Source of the DNA: Candidatus Nanohalobium sp.
GTDB lineage: Archaea; Nanohalarchaeota; Nanosalinia; Nanosalinales; Nanosalinaceae
NCBI GenBank assembly: GCA_042217555.1
Contig: JBDGSL010000080.1
Coordinates: 1 to 10,824 of the forward strand
DNA length: 10,824 bases
Direction of reading: 5' to 3'
Each line of letters begins with the position of its first letter. Within the stretch, counting starts at the first letter, position 1. The position numbers and the translations under genes were made by a program. The notes beneath the pieces were generated by a model. That model was not told the origin of the DNA. It did not search any database and saw only the letters and a program-made list of their open reading frames with translations. This document shows positions 1 to 6,682 of this stretch, piece after piece.

Positions 1-7
1 GCACACA
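1..7 (-). mobile_element. Possible intein N-terminus (Cys1-Val2) inserted in the Cdc6 P-loop
   Basis: Walker A reads GTGK-TGT(C)-GTG(V) where Cdc6 normally has GKT. Only two residues are visible before the window edge. Confidence 0.6.
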
Positions 8-220
8 CTTCCCGGTTCCCACGCTTCCATACACGAAGACGTTACTAGGGTCGTCGCCCTTGAGAGCCGGGGCCAGTATGGATGCGAGGTCGTTGATCTG
101 CTGGTCCCGGTGCAGTATGTTCTCCGGTTTCCAGTTGGTGGTGAGAGCCTCCTTGTTCCTGAAGACCGTATCCTGGTGTATGTAGTTTGAGAACTTGGAC
201 TTCAGACCGTCGTCCGCCAT
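1..220 (-). CDS. cdc6: Orc1/Cdc6 replication initiator, 5' part (runs off the left edge); probable intein starting right after the Walker A Lys
   Basis: Not in the ORF track. Manual translation from ATG 220: MADDGLKSKFSNYIHQDTVFRNKEALTTNWKPENILHRDQQINDLASILAPALKGDDPSNVFVYGSVGTGKCV. This matches the Orc1/Cdc6 N-terminus (F-x-N-x-x-x-L...P..I.HR..QI..LA.IL.P.L.G..P.N.F.YG..GTGK). An in-frame upstream ATG at 250 (adds MAENEGGKVS) is an alternative start. The gene sits next to ORB elements. Confidence 0.93.
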   Translation of the reverse strand, partial: MADDGLKSKFSNYIHQDTVFRNKEALTTNWKPENILHRDQQINDLASILAPALKGDDPSNVFVYGSVGTGKCV

Positions 221-267
221 CGAAACCTTTCCCCCCTCGTTTTCAGCCATATTATCTCCGTGTGAAC

Positions 268-314
268 TTCACTTGAAATCAAGGTTTAAAATACTTCTCC
301 AGATGAAGTCGAGG
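268..314 (+). promoter_or_regulatory. Two mini-ORB-like boxes flanking the putative cdc6 TATA box
   Basis: TTCACTTGAAATCAAGG (268-284) and TCTCCAGATGAAGTCGAGG (296-314) surround GTTTAAAA (284-291; TTTTAAAC on the minus strand). Confidence 0.5.
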
Positions 315-323
315 CCACCCGAA

Positions 324-350
324 CCCCCACCCCCTGATTTCGTATGGAGA
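324..350 (-). promoter_or_regulatory. Origin recognition box (ORB) with extended G-string
   Basis: Minus strand reads TCTCCATACGAAATCAGGGGGTGGGGG, resembling the archaeal ORB consensus with a halophile-type long G-string. Confidence 0.85.
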
Positions 351-375
351 TATACGCAAACAACAACCTGAAAGC

Positions 376-408
376 TATAACACTGTTATATATTATAGAG
401 GTGTTATA
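376..408. repeat. Tandem pair of 15-bp quasi-palindromic TATAACAC-type sites in the origin AT-rich core
   Basis: TATAACACTGTTATA (376-390; perfect 7-bp inverted repeat around one base) and TATAGAGGTGTTATA (394-408; reverse complement TATAACACCTCTATA). Confidence 0.8.
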
Positions 409-433
409 ACCTCGAAATTCCAGCTGCTCAAGC

Positions 434-461
434 TCTTCCACCCGAAAGCAGGGGGGTCGGG
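434..461 (+). promoter_or_regulatory. Origin recognition box (ORB)
   Basis: TCTTCCACCCGAAAGCAGGGGGGTCGGG. Confidence 0.85.
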
Positions 462-510
462 CCCAGGACCATCACTTCTTTCGTTGATTGTTGCGGCCGA
501 CCGCTTCAAA

Positions 511-531
511 ACACCTCTTTTTCGTCTGGAC
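511..531 (-). promoter_or_regulatory. ORB (weaker G-string)
   Basis: Minus strand GTCCAGACGAAAAAGAGGTGT. Confidence 0.6.
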
Positions 532-550
532 GTCGCCAGGAGGCGGTCCG

Positions 551-574
551 CCACCCCTTTGTTTCGTGTGGAGA
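551..574 (-). promoter_or_regulatory. Origin recognition box (ORB)
   Basis: Minus strand TCTCCACACGAAACAAAGGGGTGG. Confidence 0.85.
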
Positions 575-668
575 TTGTTCAAACAATCGACACTCAGTAA
601 ACCTGTGTCTGGTCGAACCCGTGGCAACATGTGGTGATTTAAGAGCTTGCATGGGCAGGTCTCACATA

Positions 669-824
669 GTGAGCCACTCGAGTTCAGGAACCCAGAACGA
701 GTACGCGCCGACCGACTTCCAGAGGACAGCCGCCAGTATGGTCGCGAGCCTGATACTTGCCGTCGGCCAGGTCGTCTACTCCATCTTCCGGTTCGTGTTC
801 AGCATACTTGCCTCACTTGCCTGA
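669..824 (+). CDS. Putative small membrane protein (about 51 aa, GTG start; ATG 651 is an alternative)
   Basis: MSHSSSGTQNEYAPTDFQRTAASMVASLILAVGQVVYSIFRFVFSILASLA has a hydrophobic C-terminal half. GATTTAAGA at 636-644 is identical to the TATA-like motif 31 nt before the GT2 start at 6787; here it lies 33 nt before the GTG. The 3' end overlaps the large gene by 49 nt. Confidence 0.45.
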   Translation: MSHSSSGTQNEYAPTDFQRTAASMVASLILAVGQVVYSIFRFVFSILASLA

Positions 825-3800
825 TACCTCTCCCTGAGCTTATCGAGCTCTCTTTCCAGCAGCAGGATTTTCTTCTCAGGGTTGGCTGGTGGCTGCCCGC
901 TGCTTGCAACGGTTTCTCTCCCGTCCGCTGTAAGCTCGGTGTAGCTTCCCTTTCCTGTCTCCACCTTTCTAATGGTTCTCTCACCTGTCCTTTCGATGGA
1001 GGCTGTGAAGCTGTCGGTAACCAGTCGCCCTGTTTCATGGCTGGAGTTGATTCGGTAGGTCACGTGACCTCGGCCGGTCTCGAGGCGGAGCTGGAGGCCC
1101 GAGGAAGTCCTGTCAACGGAGAACTGGCTTCGGGGCGATGATACGCTGCGGAAGAGCTCTGACGGTGAGATGGTCTGGGACAGGTCGAAGGCGGGACGGA
1201 CGACAAGGCTGTCGTTGCTCCCCATGACGCTCGCGCTCGAGTTGCCTGTCTCGATTCCTGTCACCCTCCACGAGACCCGCCGAGCCTCTCCCGGTCTCAG
1301 GCGGAGTTCCCTATCCGGCGTTTCGAGGAAGCCTAGCTGTAGGTTGTCGGAAAGAACGATCTCGATCTGGCGGCTTACAGGGAACCTGTTAGGATTTTCG
1401 ATTACTGCTCTCACCTTCCGGACGGAGCCTCTGTGGATGTCGGGAGCGAAGACCACTGCGGAAAGTTTTCTGGGGAACCTGATCTCCTTGCCGGCGTGCG
1501 CCAGCAGCTCGTCTCTGTAGATATAGGCCTCGACACTGTGGCTGCCCCGGCTGACGTTCTCGAGCGGTATGGTGTTGGGGCCTTCCGACAGGCTGACCTC
1601 CTGGGTATCGCGGTGGCCATCGACGCTGTACGCCACGCTCACGTTTCTGGGCTTGGAGGAAAACACCTCTGCGACCACTTCCGATCCGTCCTTCCCAAGC
1701 TCAAGGGTCACTGGTGCGCGATACCGGACTGTGAGGGACGCCTCTTCCAGAATCCTGGAACTGTTCTCGCGGTACTGGATCGCGGCCTGGACGTACTCCA
1801 CCCGGGAGCTGTTCAGCCTGTAGACCTTTTCCGGGAAAGTCCCCTCGAAACTTGAGTTCTTGAACCTGCCTGAATAGGATAGAAGATGGTTCCGGCTGCG
1901 GACCACGCCGGAAATGTTCCTGTAGCTGTAGCTGACTTGCTTCGAAACCACAGTAGCGTTCTCTGGAAGCTCCCGAGAATATTTGTATAACGGTGTTATA
2001 GGAGCCAAATCCTGGATCAGGTAATCGGTGGCGTTGAACACGTACTGCTTCCTTCCACCTCTTTCGACCACCCTAGGCTCGGGATCGATACCTACCTCCA
2101 GCTCGCATACTCCTTCCTCGCAGCTGCGCGACGCGTCGAGCTCTGGCTTCTTTATCGGGTCCTTCGGCATCTCGGGGTTGCCGTACAGTGATAGTGATCT
2201 CTCCATCTTCTCCCGCACACCTGTTCTGTAGGCGGAGGCGGGGTTGTAGACTATGAACGCGGACCGTAGGTCGTTGATGGATCCCTCCAGGCTCTCGCCA
2301 AGCGTCTCTCCGTGCCGGAAGAACCTTCTCGAAATGTAGGCTGAATAGGCCTCGTAGCTCACCGAGCTGAAGCCGAGGTACGAGGAGGCCCCGTTCTCCA
2401 GGAACGCTTTCCTTATCTCGCTGCCGCGCTTCCCTGCGTTTACCGCGCTGTCCCATACTATCGCCCGCGAAACCTCCGGCAGCTCCCCGGCGCTCACCCT
2501 TTCACCGTTAGAGTAGCTGTCGTGGACGAAGCCGGACCTGTTGTTCGGCATCGTGTAACCGGAGGAGTTACCGACTAGCTGCAGGTAGATGATATCCTTT
2601 CCCCGCATCCGGTTCACGAGAGCTTCCTGGGTGAGGCGGCGGTGCCGGTCCGGCAGGAAGCTGAACGCGGCCTGTCTCAGCTCTTCAAGCGACGCGCTGT
2701 CGGGCACGTCGATATCCTGCTCAAGGGGCTGCCACCCCGTCCAGTCGAACTCCAGGTACATCTGGAGGACCCGCTCCGCGTAGTTCAGCCCTCTCACCAT
2801 GAAGGCCGCGTTCTTCACCGCGGCTGCTCCGCTTGCTCCCAGGTACTTGCCTATCTGGTCCTGCGCCGTCTTCACCTCTCCCACGAAAAGATCCATCTTC
2901 GTGGGGAAGCCGAGCAAGTCTGTGATCAACGCGACCGGTTTCGACCTGTGCTCGACCACCCGCTCGATGTCGAAGCCCTGCCGCTCCAGCACGTACCCCA
3001 GGTTCTTGACATCCCACATACCTCCACCGAACGTCGCGAGTATGACGGGCCAACGAGAGTGAAGGTACTCGCCCGCCAGTACCGCCTCCTTCTCCGAATC
3101 CCTCACAAGGGAGCGGTGGTAGACCGCGCTCGCGTCCCCGACTTCCGAGGGGTAGCGTCCGACCCCGGCCTCCAGCCTACCGTCATCGTCCAGGTCGCCG
3201 TAGTCCAGGTCGGAGTAGAAGTAGCTGCCGTCCCTGCTGTCATCAAAGAAGCCTTTATCGACAGGATCCTGGTATAGCCTTCTCGGCCCGTCGAGCAGCG
3301 AGACGTACTTGCCGTCGAAGACGGTGTTCCGGTTCTCACCTATCATCTCGAACGCCTCCTCGATTTTCCTGTCGAGTTTTATAACACCGTTATCCCTGTT
3401 CCATCTTGAAGCGTTGAAATCGGAGCTCCCGAGCTGTTCGCTCGACGGGTACGCCACGTTCGCGTCGAAGTCCACCGGGAGCACACCCTGTCTGACAGCC
3501 ATGTAGGCCGCGAGCACACCCCTGTCCGAGTCGAGGTCTGCGACCGCGACGTGGTGCGGTCTGAACTCCTGTACGAACCTCTGCTGCAGTTCTTCCACAG
3601 TATAGTTCGAGAAGTCGCGGTCCGCCTCGCTCCTGTCGAAGGTCAGCGACGCATTATCTTTTGCTGCCAGCGCCGCCACGTAGACGGCCTTGTCCCGCGA
3701 GCCAGCGAAGTACCCGGGTTTCGAGACGTTGAAGGCCTCGTTCACTGACTGGGTGGACTCTAGGCCCGACACCTCTCCGACGCCCAGCGGCTTCAGACCT

Positions 3801-4969
3801 GTCTTATTCACCTCCTCTCTCACCTCCCCGAAGTCCCGGGCGATGAAGGAGGTCCTGTTCAGGGCGACCGCCTCCAGCATCCCGGGTCCTGTCCCAACGA
3901 ACACGGTTTCCCCGAGCGACCGGTTCACCGATACCTTTCCTCCCGAGATGTCCACGATGTGAACCGTTTTCCCGTCACCGTACGCGATCTCCTTCCTGGA
4001 GTCGCTGTCGTACTGCGTGAACTGGTAGCCCTCGTCCATGCCACCGGTTTCGAACGAGTGCAGTTTCTTACCTCCAGTAGTGAAGATGGAGAGGCTGTCG
4101 TCCTGCCTCGCGACGAGCCAGTCCTTACCGGGGAACTTCCTGAGACCGGTAGCTCGAGCGTCAAGCCGGTAGCTCTCCAGCTCCTCCCCGGTCTCCAGGT
4201 CCCTGTGCACCAGCCTGGCACCGTCCAGGTAAACCACGCGCTCCCCGAGTATCACCGGCCGGAACCTCTCCGCACCGGTCTCCCGCTCCCAGACCGCCGA
4301 CCCGTTCTCCACGAACCGCACCGACATCCCACCCTCCCACCAGACCAGGACAGTCCTGTTGTCTATGAATTTGCCCCCCATAAATCCTGTTTTCTCCAGT
4401 CGCCATATCGCTTTCCTATCTTGGAATACTAGTGTGGCTTCGCCGGTACCGATAAGCTTTTCGCTGCGACCATCACCGTCTATATTGCGACTGGATTTCA
4501 ATCTCTCCAGCCCGCTTTTGAAAGGTTTGCTCCAGATTTCTTGACCTTCTGGGGTTAGCAGATAGCTTTTGTCGATTCCTATGCTGGCGAAAAGGTTTCC
4601 TGTACTTGTGAAGGAGAGATAATCAATTGCGGTACCAATTCTACTATCAAGTGTTTTGGTGGAATTCTTGATGAGTATGACTCTACCAGGGAATTTGGTG
4701 CCTGTAAGCCAAAATTTCGCCTTATCCTTCGTATCGAAGTCGGTAGGGAAACTCGTCTCGCCAACCTCTTCATGATATTCTCGCCCGTCCTTCGAGTAGA
4801 TGTTTATCGAGTTGCGGGTGTTGATAAGTGTGCTGAAATCAGAGTTAGAAGATGTTTCAAAGCTTCTTATAGTCTCAGGTACTGTATAGTTATCTAAATA
4901 GCTCGTTTCTATACTATGAGCTGCAGGTAGGAGCAAAAATAGTGTAAAAACGGCAATATACTTCTTCAT
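776..4969 (-). CDS. Large secreted multidomain protein (about 1397 aa): signal peptide, beta-propeller/FG-GAP-like region, peptidase C25 (gingipain)-like domain lacking the catalytic His/Cys, C25 propeptide-like domain, Ig-like domains, C-terminal coiled coil
   Basis: True start MKKYIAVFTLFLLLPAAHS (ATG 4969) is a Sec-type signal, with TTTTAAAA 22-29 nt upstream. The ORF-track extension to 5608 is antisense to the GT4 gene. Motifs: NIDGDGRSE and QYDSDSRKEI (DxDxDG-like), W-spaced PQQ-like repeats, SDLDYGDLDDDGRLEAGVGRYP, FLENGASSYLG, GETLGESL and LYGNP (C25 hallmarks). Confidence 0.85.
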   Translation of the reverse strand: MKKYIAVFTLFLLLPAAHSIETSYLDNYTVPETIRSFETSSNSDFSTLINTRNSINIYSKDGREYHEEVGETSFPTDFDTKDKAKFWLTGTKFPGRVILIKNSTKTLDSRIGTAIDYLSFTSTGNLFASIGIDKSYLLTPEGQEIWSKPFKSGLERLKSSRNIDGDGRSEKLIGTGEATLVFQDRKAIWRLEKTGFMGGKFIDNRTVLVWWEGGMSVRFVENGSAVWERETGAERFRPVILGERVVYLDGARLVHRDLETGEELESYRLDARATGLRKFPGKDWLVARQDDSLSIFTTGGKKLHSFETGGMDEGYQFTQYDSDSRKEIAYGDGKTVHIVDISGGKVSVNRSLGETVFVGTGPGMLEAVALNRTSFIARDFGEVREEVNKTGLKPLGVGEVSGLESTQSVNEAFNVSKPGYFAGSRDKAVYVAALAAKDNASLTFDRSEADRDFSNYTVEELQQRFVQEFRPHHVAVADLDSDRGVLAAYMAVRQGVLPVDFDANVAYPSSEQLGSSDFNASRWNRDNGVIKLDRKIEEAFEMIGENRNTVFDGKYVSLLDGPRRLYQDPVDKGFFDDSRDGSYFYSDLDYGDLDDDGRLEAGVGRYPSEVGDASAVYHRSLVRDSEKEAVLAGEYLHSRWPVILATFGGGMWDVKNLGYVLERQGFDIERVVEHRSKPVALITDLLGFPTKMDLFVGEVKTAQDQIGKYLGASGAAAVKNAAFMVRGLNYAERVLQMYLEFDWTGWQPLEQDIDVPDSASLEELRQAAFSFLPDRHRRLTQEALVNRMRGKDIIYLQLVGNSSGYTMPNNRSGFVHDSYSNGERVSAGELPEVSRAIVWDSAVNAGKRGSEIRKAFLENGASSYLGFSSVSYEAYSAYISRRFFRHGETLGESLEGSINDLRSAFIVYNPASAYRTGVREKMERSLSLYGNPEMPKDPIKKPELDASRSCEEGVCELEVGIDPEPRVVERGGRKQYVFNATDYLIQDLAPITPLYKYSRELPENATVVSKQVSYSYRNISGVVRSRNHLLSYSGRFKNSSFEGTFPEKVYRLNSSRVEYVQAAIQYRENSSRILEEASLTVRYRAPVTLELGKDGSEVVAEVFSSKPRNVSVAYSVDGHRDTQEVSLSEGPNTIPLENVSRGSHSVEAYIYRDELLAHAGKEIRFPRKLSAVVFAPDIHRGSVRKVRAVIENPNRFPVSRQIEIVLSDNLQLGFLETPDRELRLRPGEARRVSWRVTGIETGNSSASVMGSNDSLVVRPAFDLSQTISPSELFRSVSSPRSQFSVDRTSSGLQLRLETGRGHVTYRINSSHETGRLVTDSFTASIERTGERTIRKVETGKGSYTELTADGRETVASSGQPPANPEKKILLLERELDKLRERYQASEASMLNTNRKME
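1986..2000 (-). repeat. Intragenic copy of the TATAACACCGTTAT motif
   Basis: Plus strand TATAACGGTGTTATA = reverse complement TATAACACCGTTATA; encodes (P)ITPLY in the large gene. Confidence 0.85.
3380..3394 (+). repeat. Intragenic copy of the TATAACACCGTTAT motif
   Basis: TATAACACCGTTATC; encodes DNGVI on the minus strand. Confidence 0.85.
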
Positions 4970-5005
4970 ACTTAAGCTAAAAAAGTCTGGTTTTAAAATC
5001 TTGGC
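4970..5005. promoter_or_regulatory. 36-bp divergent promoter region
   Basis: Palindromic TTTTAAAA (4991-4998) is placed for leaderless transcription of the large gene. CTTAAG and the A-tract (4971-4984) are candidate TATA elements for the GT4 gene. Confidence 0.55.
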
Positions 5006-6154
5006 ATGAGGCTCGCGGTCTACCATGCCTGGATTCACTGCAAGGGTGGTGGCGAGAAGGTGCTTCTCGAGCTGCTGGAGAACAGCGAGCACGATATCAC
5101 GGTTTTCACGAACAAGTACGTTCCTGAGGATACTTACGAGGAGTTCGAGGAGTACGATGTCCGAGAGATCGGAGGCCTGCCGATTGTCGGCGAGTTCCTG
5201 CGCGGCAGCCTGTTCACGCTCGGCGCGATGCTGACGAAGCTGCCGCTGGACGATTTCGACGCGTTCGTGGTGTCGACGGGCGGCGTGGCGGAGGCCATCA
5301 ATTTCAGGAACCGGTCGCTGCCGCTGATCGGTTTCTGTCACACACCTCTCAGGTTCCTGCACGACGAGGATATCGTCGAGTACAAGAAGCAGGAGTACGG
5401 GCCGCTGAAACGGGCGCTCTACTGGTTCGCGAGGAAAGGTTACAGCATGGTCGAGAAACCGGCCTGGAGGCTGTTCGACCACGTCATATTCAACTCCGAG
5501 ACCACAAGGCAGCGGGCGCTGGACGGCGGACTCATAGACGAGGAGAGGGCCTCGGTCGACCATCCTGGTGCCGACACGGCCGGCAACGAACCGGGAGATT
5601 ACGAGCACTACTTCTTCTATCCGTCGCGTTTCGCGTACTACAAGCGACAGGACCTGGCGCTCGACGCCTACCAGGAGTTCAGGGACAGGAACCCGGAAAC
5701 TGACTTCCGGCTGGTGGTCGCGGGCGGTGTAAACGAGGAGAAGCGGCCGTACTTCGAACAGATGAAGGAGAAGGCCTCGGGAGTCAAGGGCGCGGAGGTC
5801 AGGAGCAACGTGCCAGGTGACGAGTGGGAGGAGCTGTACCGCGACTGCTATTCGGTGCTTTTCACAGCCATCAACGAGGACTGGGGCATCATCCCTATCG
5901 AGGCCGGCAGCTACGAGAAACCCATCATATCGGTCGACGAGGGTGGCCCGCGCGAGTCGATAATCGACGGCCAGACGGGCCTACTGGTCGACGACAACCC
6001 TGAGGCTATCGCGGATGCGATGGAGCAGCTGGCCAGCGACCCGGAACGGGTTAGGCGGATGGGTAAGAAAGGTAAACAGGAGTCGAGAAAGTATACCTGG
6101 GAGAGGTTCGTGAAGAGGTTCGACGAGAAGGTCGGGGACGTTGCCAGGGGCTAG
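5006..6154 (+). CDS. Glycosyltransferase family 4 (GT-B; WbaZ/ALG2-like, possibly a mannosyltransferase)
   Basis: N-terminal GGGEKV, CHTP, FNSETT, SRFAYYKRQDL, and the EX7E motif EDWGIIPIE, followed by GGPRESIIDGQTG. The protein is acidic. Confidence 0.93.
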   Translation: MRLAVYHAWIHCKGGGEKVLLELLENSEHDITVFTNKYVPEDTYEEFEEYDVREIGGLPIVGEFLRGSLFTLGAMLTKLPLDDFDAFVVSTGGVAEAINFRNRSLPLIGFCHTPLRFLHDEDIVEYKKQEYGPLKRALYWFARKGYSMVEKPAWRLFDHVIFNSETTRQRALDGGLIDEERASVDHPGADTAGNEPGDYEHYFFYPSRFAYYKRQDLALDAYQEFRDRNPETDFRLVVAGGVNEEKRPYFEQMKEKASGVKGAEVRSNVPGDEWEELYRDCYSVLFTAINEDWGIIPIEAGSYEKPIISVDEGGPRESIIDGQTGLLVDDNPEAIADAMEQLASDPERVRRMGKKGKQESRKYTWERFVKRFDEKVGDVARG

Positions 6155-6450
6155 AACCTTCTGGCGATATCGTTTTTCTGGTAGCCTTTATCTCTGTGGA
6201 AAACTGTGTATACCATCACTTTACCGTCTTTGATATCATATATCGCCCGGTGATCTATCTCCCCGCCCCTGCTGTTTTCCTTCGTAACGTACCTGAACAC
6301 CGGCCGTCCTCTGACCTCGATTCTGTCTGAATTTTCGTGGCCAGCAGGGCTGTCTTCAAGCTCTTTCAGCCGCGATTTCAGTTCTTGCCGGATTTCCTGA
6401 GAAAACTCCTGCAGCTCTCTTTCTGCCTGTTTGTGAAGTTCGATTTCCAA
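6151..6450 (-). CDS. RelE/ParE-superfamily type II toxin
   Basis: 99 aa with a TTG start: MEIELHKQAERELQEF...L.EL..SP...FR...HRAIYDI....V.V..VFHRDKGY, the RelE-type pattern. It lies 4 nt downstream of an RHH gene. Confidence 0.85.
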   Translation of the reverse strand: MEIELHKQAERELQEFSQEIRQELKSRLKELEDSPAGHENSDRIEVRGRPVFRYVTKENSRGGEIDHRAIYDIKDGKVMVYTVFHRDKGYQKNDIARRF

Positions 6451-6454
6451 GCTA

Positions 6455-6682
6455 TCACTCGATTTCGTCCAGGGGAACTGTTTCGACCTCCCCTTTTTCG
6501 ACTTCTTTGATTCGCCTGAAAAGTTCCTCTTCCTCCGCTGGCGTCAGGCCGTTGTCCTTCTCCAGCTTCTCCCTTATCGCGGCCCTGATATACTCTGAAT
6601 CGTTCTGGTAGAGACCTCCCCTGCTCATCTCCTCCACCTGCTCTTTCATCTCGTCCGGGATCTTGATGCTGACAGTCGCCAT
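6455..6682 (-). CDS. Ribbon-helix-helix (CopG/Arc/MetJ, ParD-like) antitoxin
   Basis: MATVSIKIPDEMKEQVEEMSRGGLYQNDSEYIRAAIREKL is an RHH domain, followed by an acidic tail ending GEVETVPLDEIE. Confidence 0.88.
   Translation of the reverse strand: MATVSIKIPDEMKEQVEEMSRGGLYQNDSEYIRAAIREKLEKDNGLTPAEEEELFRRIKEVEKGEVETVPLDEIE

Larger units (their letters stand above)
225..590. promoter_or_regulatory. Archaeal replication origin (oriC): ORB cluster plus AT-rich core, upstream of cdc6
   Basis: Non-coding region with repeated TCC-N4-GAAA-N2-3-G-string motifs on both strands, an AT-rich stretch at about 351-420, and an adjacent orc1/cdc6 gene. Confidence 0.88.

Noticed and set aside
324..574. Spaced repeats considered as a CRISPR array
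   Set aside because: The copies are degenerate, in mixed orientation and irregularly spaced, and they match ORBs next to cdc6.
605..625. GGGTTCGA on the minus strand resembling a tRNA T-loop
   Set aside because: The flanks do not pair into a T-stem and no cloverleaf can be built.
647..4773. Many short alternative-frame and antisense ORFs within the large gene (e.g. 647-1141, 1433-1855, 2642-3277, 3959-4432)
   Set aside because: Shadow ORFs of GC-rich coding DNA with no recognisable motifs.
4970..5608. N-terminal 213-aa extension of the 1610-aa ORF in the track
   Set aside because: It is antisense to the clear GT4 gene. The signal peptide and TATA placement point to a start at 4969.
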